NCBI GenBank assembly: GCA_001600695.1
Contig: BCKQ01000017.1
Coordinates: forward strand, 1 to 64,000
Reading direction: 5' to 3'
DNA: 64,000 nucleotides
DNA from: Ascoidea asiatica JCM 7603
Lineage: Eukaryota; Fungi; Ascomycota
In this document: positions 23,367 to 37,385 of the stretch, one piece after another
Layout: each line of letters begins with the position of its first letter
How positions within the stretch are numbered: the stretch's first letter is position 1
Position numbers and translations under genes: made by a program
Notes under the pieces: generated by a model
The model's database searches: none
What the model was told of the DNA's origin: nothing
The model's input: only the letters and a program-made list of their open reading frames with translations

Positions 23367-24158
23367 TTTTTAATATATATATTTGATTGTTTATTTGATA
23401 ATAATTTGAAAAAGAAACTAAATGAATTAGTAAAACAGATGAAATTGGATTTATTTTATATTATATTATATTATATTATATTATTATATATATAATAATG
23501 AGATTTAAACTTTTAAATGGAATTGATGAAATACACCCAAAGTTAGATATAAATTAACAATTAAGTAATATGATAAACAATAATAATATAATTAACAATG
23601 ATAATCAATTTAAAAATCAATTTCACCTTACTTTAATGTTAATGTTAATGTTAATGTTAATGTTAATGTTAATATTAATATTAATGTTGATATTAATATA
23701 AATCAATAAATAATAAATCAATATTTTGATCTTTTTAATATATTAATATAATTTAATAATATTTTAAATGTATAAAATGTCGATAAATTCGTTTAAAAAG
23801 GGTAAAAAATTCGTTTTCCAACAATTTTCATAAATCTTTGTAAAATTGCAGTGAAATTCCACTGGTAACGCTTTTTCAAAGTCAAAGACGAAAAAAAAGC
23901 TTGAAAACTGCCAAATCAGGTAAAAAATAGCATAAGTTACACAGCCACTAAGTCAATGTGGCGATGTAAACATAAACTGAGACCGTCAGTATGGTACTTC
24001 TTTATTGAGACCAGGTTTGCGGCACTAGTACATTGGAGACCGGTTTTATGGTTGTTCTTGTTGAAACCATGTTTGCGGGTCTCGTTGAATCTGAGAAGGA
24101 AATAAATAAAAAAAAAAAGGTGTCAAAAATACTAAGAAATGAAAAGAATGTAAACAAA

Positions 24159-24189
<31 letters not shown>

Positions 24190-24386
24190 AGCAGATCAAA
24201 CTAAATATCTACATACAACCAAGACAAGTAGTAAATCTTATGGATTTCACTTCAGATAATCAATGGTAATGGAATCAATCTCCATTAATTCTTGTCTTTG
24301 AAAGTTTCTTATTTCTCAAGATCATTCATTCATTCATTCATTCATTCATTCATTCATTCTATGATTATTGAATTTTGAAATTTGAA

Positions 24387-26192
24387 ATGTTTTATAAATG
24401 GAAATATTTAAATTTTATTAATCATAATAAAAAGATAAGAAAATTATTAATTTTATTTATTTTAATAGTTTCCATTACTTTAATTAATTTAAATTCATCT
24501 TTAATTAAAAATTTCGATTATAATTTTGATTTAAATTTGAATAAAAACTTCAATAATAATCCAATTCCAAAATATAATATTGATTTAAATCCAAATTCTT
24601 TAAATAATAATTTAAAATTTAATAATGATTTACATTATTATCTTTTATTTGATAATAGAATTGATTTAAATTTATCTTGGAATCAAAAAGTTAATATATT
24701 AATAAATAAAAAAGAAAAAGTACTAACAAAATTAAATAATTTATCAAATTATTTAAATTCTTCATATTCAAATTCTCATTCACATTTAACAAAATCTAAT
24801 ATTCCATCATATTTCATTCAAAATTTTAATAATTTATATAATAATATCAACAACAATGAAAATAAAAATCAACTCATAAATAAAACTAGATATTTACCAT
24901 TAACTTATCCAAATTATGATTATAAATTTATTATTGCAATTTATTTAAATTTCATAAAAACTTCTTTAAATCAATCAAACTTAAATACTAATGAACTTGA
25001 TATTAATATTCCATTTAGTTGGTATGATTTTACAAATTTATCAAATTTAAATCAATTCATTAATCAAATTTTTTATACTCAATATTCTTTTTTCAATAAT
25101 TTAAAAATTTTTAATAATCATTCAATTCAAAACATTAATATTAAAAATGAAATTATTCATGAAAAATTTAATAAAATTGAAGATAATTATTTAAATTTTC
25201 AAAGTTGTAAGATTTTTAATTTTCAATTCTTAAAACCATTTGATTCAATTGAAGAATTTGATGAAAATATTGATGAAATTAATCAAAATTTAAATATTTT
25301 TAATAATATTAATAAAAATTTTCCATTTATTTTAAATTCTACAAATTTCTCAATTGATTTATTTAATAATTTAAATAAATCTCAAATATTTAATTCAAGA
25401 GAAAATAAAAATTGTAAAGATTTTCATTCTTTTGATTTTTTAAATAATTTCACAAATATTAATATAAATAATGATTTAAATAATGATATAAATAATGAAT
25501 TAAACTTATTACATAAATCAATTTTACCATTTCCAGGTTTAATTACTTTAAAAGGAACTAAAACTCAATATGATATAAATTTATCAATTCTTTATGGAAA
25601 ATTTCATTTATATAATTATAATAATTTAAATAAAGATTCAAGACCTACAAAATTAATTTTTTTATCAAATGATTTAAATTCCAAAAAATTTGAAATTAAA
25701 ATTAAAAATCCAAATTTTTTAAATAATCAAATTTTTAATAATTTTGATAATTTTAGTAATTTTGATAATTTAGAAAAAAAATTCCCATTGAAAAGTGAAA
25801 GATTATTAGAAAATAATTTAGTTAATAATTATATTTTAAATAATAAAGAAAATTTAAATGAAATTAAATTTGAAATTGATCCTTTAAAAGAATTTAATGA
25901 AATTATATCAATAATAAATAATACTGATAATAATGAAAATGAAAATGAAAATGAAAATGAAAATGAAAATGAAAATGAAAATGAAAATGAAAATGAAAAT
26001 GAAAATGAAAATGAAAATGAAAATAAAAATAAAAATCCTTTAATTAGGGGAAAAGGTTATGAAAATTTATTAAAAATATTTGATTCAAATAATAATATAG
26101 AAAATTCATTATCAATTGATGCTTTTATTTTTAATCCTTTAAAAATTTTAAATGCATTTCAAAAATTTTCAATGGAAAATTATGAAAATTCA

Positions 26193-26234
<42 letters not shown>

Positions 26235-27605
26235 TTTGAAAATTTAAAAGAACTTTTAACAACTACAGAATATAATTATTATAGATCAATTAAAGATTGT
26301 GTTGAAATTAAAAGAGAATTAAAATATTTTTATGAAGCAGAATTAATTGGTGGTAAAGATGGTTCACATTATGATTGGAGATTTTTTAATGGATTAATTG
26401 AAAATGAAAAATTAAAAAGAATAATTTTAGAAAATTTAATAAAAAATTGGTTTAAATTTTTAAATTCAATTAAATTAAAAAGTTGGTTTGCACATGGTAC
26501 ATTACTTTCATGGAATTTTTCAAAATCTTTATTTCCATGGGATAAAGATGTTGATTTACAAATGTCAATTAAAGATATTAATAAATTTTGTTTTAATTAT
26601 AATAATACAATAATTTTTGAAGATTTTAATGAAGGATTTGGACAATATTTTATTGATTGTAATAAATATATTGGACATCGTACAAAAGGTTCTGGTAAAA
26701 ATAAAATTGATGTTAGATTTATTGATACAAAAACTGGAATATATATTGATATAACTGGATTAAGTTTTTCATCAGCACCAACACCAAGTTATTATGGAAG
26801 ATATATTAGTTTTAAGAATAATAAATTTATTAGTGATATTAATGAAATTATTGATAAATCAAAAATAAATGAATATAATTTTGAATATAAGAATATATTA
26901 AAAAAAAGTAAAAAAAATTTAAAATTAAATAAATTTTTAAATAGAAATTTAAAATTACAAATTTTTAATTGTCGAGATAATCATTTTATAAATTATAAAG
27001 AATTATTTCCATTAAAAGAAAGTAAATTAATTGGTAATATTATTGGATATATACCAAATAATTTTAAAGAAATTTTAATTAGAGAATATAATGAAAAATG
27101 TTTAATTCAAGTTTATAAAGGATATTTTTTTTTTAAAAAAATAAATCAATGGATTAAAATTTCAAATTTTAAATTAAAAATATTATTATTTTATGAAAGA
27201 AATTTAGATAAAATTAATGAAATTGGTGAAGAAATTTTTAATAACAATAATAATAATAATGAAATAATATTTGAAAAAAGGGATATTTTTAAAGTTAGAA
27301 AGAATTTTATTAAAAGAATTGAAATTTTACAAAAATTAAATAATGAAATAAATAAATCAAATTTTGAAGAGAATAAAAAATTTGGAATTAAAGAAATTGA
27401 AGAAATTAATAAAATTGAAAATTTAATAAGTGATGAAGAATTTTTAATTTGGTTTTCAATAAATGATGAATCATTAATTGAATATATTAGAAATTTTGAA
27501 ATTTTAAATGATAATAAAAAAGATTTTGATTATATTAATAAAAATTTTCAAAATATTTATAAAATTACAGAAGATTATTTAATTGAAGATTTAAATGGAT
27601 TATAA
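24387..27605 (+). CDS. MNN4: LicD/fukutin-family mannosylphosphate transfer protein (Mnn4-like)
   Basis: Type II TM; IPFSWYDF, HYDWRFFNG, AHGTLLSW, FPWDKDVDLQM, IDVRFIDTKTGIYIDITGL. Orthology within the MNN4/MNN14 family is uncertain. First ATG at 24387. Confidence 0.75.
25935..26024 (+). repeat. (GAAAAT)~15 encoding poly-(EN)
   Basis: Directly visible. Confidence 0.9.
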
Positions 27606-27748
27606 ATGGATTATAAATGAATATTTTCTTTAATATTATTATTATTATTCAGAATATTTATATAAATATATACATAAAGTGAAATAAAAAAAAAAAAAAA
27701 AAAAAAGGGTTTGAAGATAATGAATTATTTAAAATTTATATATTCATC

Positions 27749-27782
<34 letters not shown>

Positions 27783-27864
27783 TTGTTTTATAGAGATTGA
27801 ATTGAAACTATTATTAAAGCAAAATAATGTATATAGCTTTTTAGATTAAATAGATAGGTAATAA

Positions 27865-27954
27865 TTAAGCTTCTAATTTATTTAAAATTAACTGTACAAA
27901 ATCTAAATTTGGATCATCGAAATTAATTTCAATATTTGAATTATTATTTGTTTG

Positions 27955-27996
<42 letters not shown>

Positions 27997-28167
27997 TATT
28001 AATTTTGAATATTCATCTTTTGCTTCTTTAATTAAATTTTGTTTTTTAATATAATTATTTTCTAATTTTTTTAAAGCAGCATTTTTTTTTAAATTACGAT
28101 TATGATTGATACCATATAAAATACCAGTTGCAAAAATTGAATATCTTAAAACATTTAAAGTAGACAT
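27865..28167 (-). CDS. TIM11: Mitochondrial ATP synthase subunit e
   Basis: MSTLNVLRYS, GxxxG (GILYG), coiled coil LIKEAKDEY, INFDDPNLDF. Confidence 0.92.
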
Positions 28168-28326
28168 TTTGATACTTGAATAGATATTTATGTATGTTTA
28201 TATGTATGTTTGTATTAATATGATAAGAAAAGAATTGAAATACTATAAGTTTATATTTAATATTTAATATATTTGATAGTAAATTTCAATTGATATTTTA
28301 AAATTGATATAATTATTAAAATAACA

Positions 28327-28334
28327 TTATTGGT
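28327..28334. promoter_or_regulatory. Hap2/3/4/5 CCAAT element upstream of TIM11
   Basis: TTATTGGT matches TNATTGGT, about 160 bp upstream of a respiratory gene. Confidence 0.45.
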
Positions 28335-30688
28335 TGACTGAAAAAAATAAAAGAAGTCATGTGACAATGTTTTAGGCTGAATCGGGCAATGTGTAAAGTC
28401 GAGGGTAAATCATGTGGTTTGAGCGAAATTAAAACCAGTGGTATGGATTGTATTAAATTAAAGACCAGGATTATGGTTATTCTTTTGATTGAAATTGAGA
28501 ATGAAGAGAATGGATATTTTATAAAGGGGTATTAGATCTTTTTATTAATATATTAGGAGTCAATTGAGTTTCGAATATTGAATGAATGAGTGATTGATGA
28601 TTGATTTATTGTTTAATAAAGAACATATATATTTTACAATACGAGTAATAAATTATTAAAAGAGTAATAAATTTTATTAGTATGAATTACGAGAATAAAA
28701 AGTCTTAAATATTATTTTAAAAGTGAAATGAAATTAAACTGACGTATTTTTTTAACGAATAATTGTCTAAGCATTGGAACTAAAAAGTATTTTGGTATTA
28801 AAATAGTGAATTAATATGGAATTTGAAGTTATAATTACAATTGCAATTTCCCTACTAATGAATGAATGAATGAATGAATGAAATATTTGCCTGAGAGTGA
28901 TCGGAGGATTTGAAACGGTTGAGAAAGTGAAGAAATAGAAAAAGAATGAAAATCAGAGCAAAAGGAGTCGATCCACGGAAATCAGAACGGAATCCTGGGC
29001 AGGAACAGAGCAGGAACAGACACGGATGAAACAGCACGGACAAACAAACAAACACAGACTTGTGTGTGGCTAGTGTGTGGCTAGCAAGTAAACAACAGGC
29101 CCAGTCTAAGCACCTGCCTCCAGAGCCAGAGTAACACAGACACAGACACAGACAAAAGCACAAACACAAACACTGGCAGAAGTCAGAAACAAGACCAGAA
29201 CTGGTACAAACTGGTACAAACTGCTACATGGCCATAGTAAAACACCGGTGACTTCACTGCCTCAGACTGTAGAACCAGAGCAAAATTTATTGCATTCCTT
29301 CACTCATTCAATTTCCATTTCCCACCATTTCCAACTAGGAGTAATAAAAACAACAAGCTCCAGGTCATTGCCATTGTCATTACCTTACATACAAATCTCA
29401 AATCACTTCATCTCTTTACTATCTTTTAGTATCATTTCTCTTTCGTTTCTCATATCAATCTCCTACGCTGTTGTCAATAAGTCAGTCTAACAACCTAATG
29501 CTCAATGACTATAGTCATAATATATTATGTTGTCTGAAGAAACCTTCAGGAATTTTCAATATTCAAATTTGCCCAAGCTTTAATAACGTTATTCAATTCT
29601 CACTGTTACCACTGTTACTAAAGTTACCAATGTTACCAATGTTACCAATGTTACCAATTATACTATAATATCTTCTTAACTATGTTACCACTTTTTTTTC
29701 ATCCCTCATAAAATATGAATTGTAAATAAGAATTAAAATATTTATTAAATATTCTATTTTGACAAATTTTCTATTTTTTTTTTTTTTTTAGCTCTTTTTT
29801 GATTTTATTTTCTCTTTTCTGTTTTCATTTTCTCTTTTCGATTTCCATTTTCTCTTTTCGTTTTATTTTCTATTTCCATTTTCATTAATATAAACTTAAC
29901 TTAACCTAACTTATTACTATTACTATTACTATTACTATTACTATTACTATTACTACACTGTAATAATTTAGTGGTTTTTCAATCAAATACAATACTCAAA
30001 AGCTCAACAACTTACAACTTAAAACTTACAACAACTAACTAAAGAAAATATTCATATTAACCTAATCATTATTAATTAAGTATTTAAGTATCTAATTAAG
30101 TAAGTTAGTCTCCTTAATAATTATATATTAATTATTAAATCCCACTTAACTTTTCATATTTCTTTTCATATATTATTCTTTCTTTCTCTTCTTCTTCTTC
30201 TTCTTCTCTCTTCTTCTTTCATTTACTATTATTTTTTAATCACTTAAAAAATCAATCAATCAATCAACAAGTAAATCAATCATATATCAATATATCACTA
30301 TATCAATATATAAGTATATCAACTTATACTATCATATATTATATTACTATATATTATATTACTATATATTATATCTCTATATCACTATAAGTCATTATAA
30401 CAACATTCATAAAGTTGTATTCATTAGCAATATTTAATTATATTTGCTTACTTCTCTATCATCTATAATCTATAATCTATCATCTTATAGCAATTCATTA
30501 ATCATTTAAATACAATCTCTTTTCTTCTTCTTTTTTCATTTTCTATAAAAAAAAAAAAGTTATTTATTTACTATAAATTTGTATCAGCGCTTATTCAATT
30601 TTATTCAATTTTATTCAATTTTAATCAAATAATCACTTAATATTCATTTAATAATCATTTCAATAATCATTTTAATAATCATTTCAAT

Positions 30689-31659
30689 ATGTCAAATTCA
30701 ATGAGAGCTAAATTACCTTCAAAATTTTATCCAAAACAATTAATAAATTCAGAAATTAATTCTCATAAATTAGCTATAAATGAATATCAAAAAGAATTAT
30801 CAATAAATTTATATAATTTATCAAATAATGCAAAACCTGATATAAATTTAATTAAATTACAACCTGAATTAAATTTAAAATTAAGATCTTTATTATTAAG
30901 TATTTTATTTAAAATTTCTATAAAAACAAAAATAACTCCAGGAATTTATTATAAAGCTGTTAGAATCTTTGATAGATATTGTTCAAAAAGAATTGTACTT
31001 GAATCTCAAGCTCAATTAGTTATTTCTACTTCTTTATGGATTGCAGCAAAAGTTGCTGGTGGTTCAAATCATATTATAAATTCAATGAATATGCCAACTG
31101 GTAATAGATATATTGGTACTTCAAGAAGAGCAAGAATTCCAAGATTACAAGAACTTGTACTGTTATGTCCAGATTGTAATTATGATACTGGAATGTTTAT
31201 TCAAATGGAAAGACATATTTTAAATACTTTAGATTGGGATGTAACTGAACCAAATGTTTATAATTGGGCTTTTAATTTATCTGATTATCAATATTTAGAT
31301 AATCCAAATATAAATATTTCAATTGATTTTAAAAAAATTGCAATTATTAAAAATTTCTTAATTGAGGTTAGTACTTTTTCAAATAAATTAATTATGATTG
31401 ATCAATCTGATTTAGGTTGTTTAATTAAAAAATTATTAATAATTTTAATACTTAATGATGAAAATCATTTTAATATTCAACCTGAAAATTTATCTTCAAT
31501 TTTAAATGATAATAAAATTGATAATAATAATATTAATACAAATATTAATAATAATAATAATCCTGATAATAACAATAAAAATAAAAAACTTAATCTTGAT
31601 CATCTTATTAATATCAATACTCTTAATAACTCAAATAATAATCGTTCAGTTCAACAACG

Positions 31660-31690
<31 letters not shown>

Positions 31691-32746
31691 AATTCTTCAG
31701 ATGATGATTTTAATACTGATTATGCTAATGAATTATTATATTGTGTTGCAACTTTATTTAATGATGTTTATAAAGTTTATACAAATACTGAATATAATGA
31801 AATTAATGAAACTATTGCAAAAATTTATAAAGTTGCTGTTTCTCATATTATGGCTTTAAAAGATGAAAAAAGAAATAAAAAAATTTATGAAGAATCTTTA
31901 ATTAATTCAAATCAAAATCAAAATCAAATTCAAATTCAAAATCAAAATCAAAATCAAAATCAAAATATTAATTTAAATTCAAATAATATTTATAATTCTA
32001 ATTCTTCAAATGATTCTTATTATCTTTCAACTCCTCCAAGAAGAGCTGTTTCTTATTCAATTAATCAAAGAAGTCCAAGTATAAAATCTTCAAATAGTGA
32101 TTTTTCTGATGTTGATAGTTTAAGAACTACAAGATCTGTTAGTACTTCAAATTCTTCAATTTTTTCAACAGGTTCTGTTAATAGTATACGTAAAAATTCA
32201 AATCCAATTTCTTTTAGTTCAAGTTCTGGTTCAAATTTATCTGTTTCTTCTGCTGGAAATTCTCCAGTTCCATCTCCATTAAATCAAAATTATTCAAAAC
32301 AACAAAATATTATTAATACAAATACCAATACTAATAATATTAACATTAATAATAATAGTAATAATGTTACAAATACTGGTTTTAATGGTAATAATAATTG
32401 TTATAATAATTTTGCTATTCCTAATAATCCAAATATAAATAATGTTAATGTTAATAATGTTAGTAATACCAATAATAATAGTAATAATAATGTTCATCCT
32501 ATGCAACATCCAAATTTTAGTATAAATCCAAGTATTAATAATCCAAATTTAATTATTAAAAATAATGTTGTTCCAATGAATAATACTATTACTCATTTTA
32601 AAAATAATGATATAATGATGATGGGTATTCCACCAAGTTCAAATTTATCAGAAATTTCAATACCTCATTTATCTAAAAAAAATAGTTATAGAACAGTTTC
32701 TTCATCTTATGCAAATAATAATTCAAGAGGTAAAAATTGGTTATAA
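30689..32746 (+). CDS. G1 cyclin of the Cln1/Cln2 (Hgc1/Ccn1) family
   Basis: IKLQPEL, FDRYCSKRIVL, LWIAAK..GG.NHIIN, RARIPRL.EL, MFIQMERHILNTLDWDV; S/T/P-rich PEST tail. Confidence 0.9.
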
Positions 32747-32984
32747 AAAAAAATAAAATAAATTAATCTTTACAATGATTTGTAAATATAAATATAAATA
32801 TTAATATAAAGAATGTTATGAATTTTTAAAGGAAATAATAAAAACAAGAAAAACTAGAAAAAAAACAAAAAATATAATGAGTATTATAAAACTTTTAATG
32901 TGCCAGTGTTTTATAACTTTTAAAATTTTTATTTTGAATAAAGAACTTATTTCAATATGAATAATAGAATAAGCTGGCTAATAA

Positions 32985-33061
32985 TTTTTTTTTTTTTTTT
33001 TTTTTTTTTAATAACTTTTTTTTAAGTATTTTTTACATATAATTTTCATAATATTTTCATA

Positions 33062-33104
<43 letters not shown>

Positions 33105-33125
33105 AAATTTTTTTTTTTTTTTTTT
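32985..33125. repeat. Three long poly(dT) tracts (~25, ~37 and ~18 nt)
   Basis: Directly visible. Confidence 0.9.
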
Positions 33126-33773
33126 CGTATCTGTTTAGCATGTTAAGTTTTAACATTTTTTGTTTAATTTTTAAAATTTATTTGGATTTTTAATTAAATT
33201 TTTTAATTAATTTTTGGTTTTATTGCACAGTTTTTTGAATACTATTTTTTATAAATATTTATTATTTGTAGTATTGCAAATCAAAATAATAAATATTTCA
33301 AGATAATAATAAAGTTATTCTTTTTTTTTTTTGTTTTTTTTGTTTTTTTGTTTTTTTAATTCTATAAAATATTAGTCTACATAGCATTCAGTTTGTTTAA
33401 ACTTTCACCCACAGGCTTCTCTTTCTTTAACTATTTTCAATTTACTTTTCATATTATTTGTTTTTTTTGTTCTTATTTAAATTAATTAATTTTAAGTTAT
33501 CTTTATCAATTATATATTTTTAATCAAATTTTCGGATATTTTTCAATTTTTTTGAGTGTTAAATTTGTAGATTTTCATTTCAAGACCAGAATTACGGGAC
33601 TGCTTACTGTGAAACATGAAAACGGATAACGTCAACGTTAATTTGTTACGTGAAAAGAAGATAAAGAATTTGAAGAATAATAAAGTAATGAAGAAGTGAA
33701 GAAGTGAAGAAGTGAAGTAATGAAGAAGTGAAGAAGTGAAGAAGAAAGAAGTAAAGAAGAAGGAAGTAAAGAG

Positions 33774-34701
33774 ATGGAGATTATCAGTAGGATGAATAAG
33801 AATACAAAGTTAAAAGTACTTTCATTCTTTTGTATTGCTTCTTTACTTATAAACTTTATATTATTGAATAAGTTAAGTAGTTTAAATAATAATTTAAGTA
33901 CTGAATTGAATATTGAAAATAATAATGGAGTGAATATAGAAATTATTGAAACAGATAAATATAAGAAAGTGATACTTAAAAATGAAAATTATATTAATAA
34001 GGAAAATAAAGAAAATAAAGAAAATTCAACAATTATTTTAAGTACAATTATAAATTCAAAATCATATGGAGATAAAAGAAGTTTTAAAATTTTTTTTAAA
34101 TCATGTATAATATCATTAAATTTTAATCAAAATGAAATTTCTATAGGATTATCAATTGTTGAAATAGAAGAATTTGAAAAAATTTTAAATTTTTTTAAAG
34201 AAAATAATTTTGAAAATTTAAGAATTTTTAAAAAAATTATTTTAATTAATGTACCATTTATTGAAGATTATAATAATCAAGGTAATGGTAAAGATTTAGA
34301 TTATTTAAATAGACATTCATTATTAATTCAAAGAGAAAGAAGAAGTAGAATTGCAAAAGCAAGAAATTTTTTAATAAATAGTGCTATTGAAGATGAAATT
34401 AATGTTTTATTTATTGATTCAGATATAATAAAATTAAATAAAGAAATGTTAAATTTTTTTATAAATTTTAATAAAGAAATTATTGTTCCAAGAATTACAT
34501 ATTCAAATTTAATTGATTATGATTTAAATTCATGGGTTGGTAAAAGACTTAAACCAAATTTAGAAGAATTAAAAAAACATCATGATTTAAATAATGAATA
34601 TATTTTTATACCAAAAGATAGTGAAAATAAAGAAGAAATTAAACATTTAAAAGATTTAAGTATAAGTAATGAAAATTTTAATCCAAATAAAATTCCAGAT
34701 T

Positions 34702-34739
<38 letters not shown>

Positions 34740-34994
34740 GATAATAATAATGAATATAAAAATTTAAAAATATTTGAATTAGATTCAGTTGGAGGTGCAA
34801 TTTTATTTGTTAAAAGTTTTATATTTAAACTTGGTATTCAATTTCCACCATTTTATTTAATTGGTAGTGATTGGGAATATAAAGAAGGTGGTTATGATGG
34901 AATTGAAACTGAGGGATTATGCTATCAAGCAAAAACAATTGGATATCAATGCTGGGGAGTTCCTGATCTAATAGCGAACCACTACGTCGAGTGA
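33774..34994 (+). CDS. Anp1/Van1/Mnn9-family (GT62) Golgi mannosyltransferase
   Basis: TM segment; RH...QRERR..IAKARNFL, FIDSDI, YDLNSW, LDSVGG, DGIETEGLCY; divergent paralog. Confidence 0.88.
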
Positions 34995-35113
34995 GACATG
35001 TACTACAATAAAAAGAAGCACAGGAAGCAGAAGCAGCAACAGCACCATCTTCATCTTCTACACCATCTTTTATCACCATCTTCAATATCTCCATAGTAAA
35101 TAGTATGCAATAA

Positions 35114-35274
35114 AGCCCTAACTCTAATCTAAGAGCCCTACTACATATTAAAGCCCTACTTTCCTTTAGAGCCCTGATATTTTGGTTTGTTTACGTTTTT
35201 CCTCTTTTGGACACTGCGGAAATCGTGCACCCGGAACTGATCCATGCCACGGACACTCGGAACACTCACGTGAC
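35114..35274 (+). promoter_or_regulatory. Four AGCCCT(A/G) Tbf1-type sites plus a Cbf1 site TCACGTGAC upstream of STS1
   Basis: AGCCCTA 35114, 35134, 35152 and AGCCCTG 35170 (18-20 bp spacing); TCACGTGAC 35266-35274. Confidence 0.6.
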
Positions 35275-36002
35275 TGCTCCGAAGCTGGACTGTTTCTTTT
35301 GTTAGTGTTTTTATCAGTGCTTGAATATAAATTGAATTGAATTGAACAGTGAATATATTTATTGAAGCTTCAATAGATCATAATCATCATCAATATATAA
35401 ACATATATCATCATCTATTATTAACTATTTATTACTTATTAACTGAAGAATCATCTTATTCATCGATCAATAATCAAAATAATAACTAAAAAATCTATGA
35501 TAATCATTTAATTACATTTCTATATATTCATTTATCTTCTATATCTTAAATATCTTAAATATCTTAAATATCTTAAATATCTTAAATATCTCAATCATTA
35601 TCCAAATACCTTTCTTTTTTTAATCAATTCAATATATTCATAAAATAATTATAATAATTTTAGAATATTCAATAAATCTCATTTCAAATTTACCAATTTC
35701 ATTAATCAATTTAATCTTTTATAAAATATAGAATCTTATTAATTTTATTCTACCTTTTTTTCTTTATCTTTTCACATCTCATTCATATTTTTTTTTTATT
35801 TCCTTTTCTTTTATTCAAATTTTGGTTATTTGGTTATTCATTTTCATTTTCATTTTCATTTTCATTTTCATATATCTTTTTCATAAACTTGCTTTAGTTT
35901 TAATCTAATTCTTTTCTTAATTCATTCAATCAATCACCAAAATCATTTAAATCAAATATAATCAAATATAATCAAATTCAATCAAATATAATCAAAATTA
36001 AA

Positions 36003-37184
36003 ATGACTTCATTATCCTTTTCTTGGGGTTTTCAACCATGTTTAAAATCTGATAATAAAGATATTTCAATTTCAAATTCTGATCTTACTAATCTTAATCT
36101 TAATATTAATCTTGAAAATTCAAAACATTTACCTTCTACATCTATATCTTCTTCATTATCTTCTGTTCCTTCTTCCACAACTTCTTCTTCTCCTTCTTAT
36201 TCTTCTTCTTCTACATCATCATCTGCATCTGCATCTGCATCTGCATCTGCTTCCTCAACATCTCATATACCTACTTCTTCTTCTTCAATAACTAAAAGAT
36301 CTTCAAATATAAGATCTCTTAAAAGAAGACAAAATTTCGATGATTCTAATAATAATAATAATTCAAATAAAAATAATATAAATTCAAATAGAATTTTAAA
36401 AAAAAATAATAAAAAAAAATCAAAATTATCAAATTCTTTAATAATTGGTAAACAATTACCTTTAAATACTTTAATAAATTCTTTAGATAAAAATAATTTA
36501 TCTTTAATTTTAAAAAAATTAATTAATGAAAAACCTGAATTAAATCAATATATTTTAAATATTTCTTCAAATTTAATTTCTATTGAAAATTCTTTAAATT
36601 ATTTAATTCAATTTTTAAATGATAAAATTTTAAATAAATTACCTTATAAAGTTAATCCAATTAGTGAATATTCATTTTTAAGAATTGAAAAAAATTTAAA
36701 AGAATTTTATAATAATTTATCTGATTTTTTATTAAATTTTTTACCTCCAAATGAAATTAGTTTCTTAAATTCTTTAAAATTTATTAATGAAATTTCAAAT
36801 TTAATTCATAAAATTCCAAATTTTCAAATTGATATTTATAATTTATATCATAAAAAAAATATTTATAATCAAATTTCTGATGCTTGGTTAACAATTTTAA
36901 AATTTCATTTAGATTCTTCAAATAATAATAATATTAATTTATTATATTTAATTGATAATGATTATATTAAAATTTTAAATAATCATAAATCTAAATTAGA
37001 TCAACAAGATATTAATAATAATTCTTTTCAAAAAATTATTGAATATTTAAATTTAAAAATTGTTGATTATAATAATTTAAATAATAATAATAATTTTATG
37101 AATATTAATAATATTAATAATAATAATAATGATAATAATATCTTTAATAATAATATTATTGGTAATAATAATTGTATTGATATC

Positions 37185-37226
<42 letters not shown>

Positions 37227-37385
37227 TATCATAATAATTTCAATAATAACAATAATAATTCTGATAATATTAATACTCATAATAATAGTAATAATAATGA
37301 TAATTTAGGTATTAATAGTCCATTTTCAAGATTAAAACAAAATTCTCCATTTTTACAACAAGAAGCTATTAATTATATTCTATAG
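36003..37385 (+). CDS. STS1: Nuclear proteasome tethering factor Sts1/Cut8
   Basis: FSWG N-terminus, bipartite NLS, IIGKQLPL..LI..LD, LPYK....EYSFLRI, NFLPP.E. Confidence 0.85.

Noticed and set aside
30100-30587. Possible 5' UTR intron in the cyclin leader (GTAAGT ... CAG)
   Set aside because: No credible branch point between the two sites.
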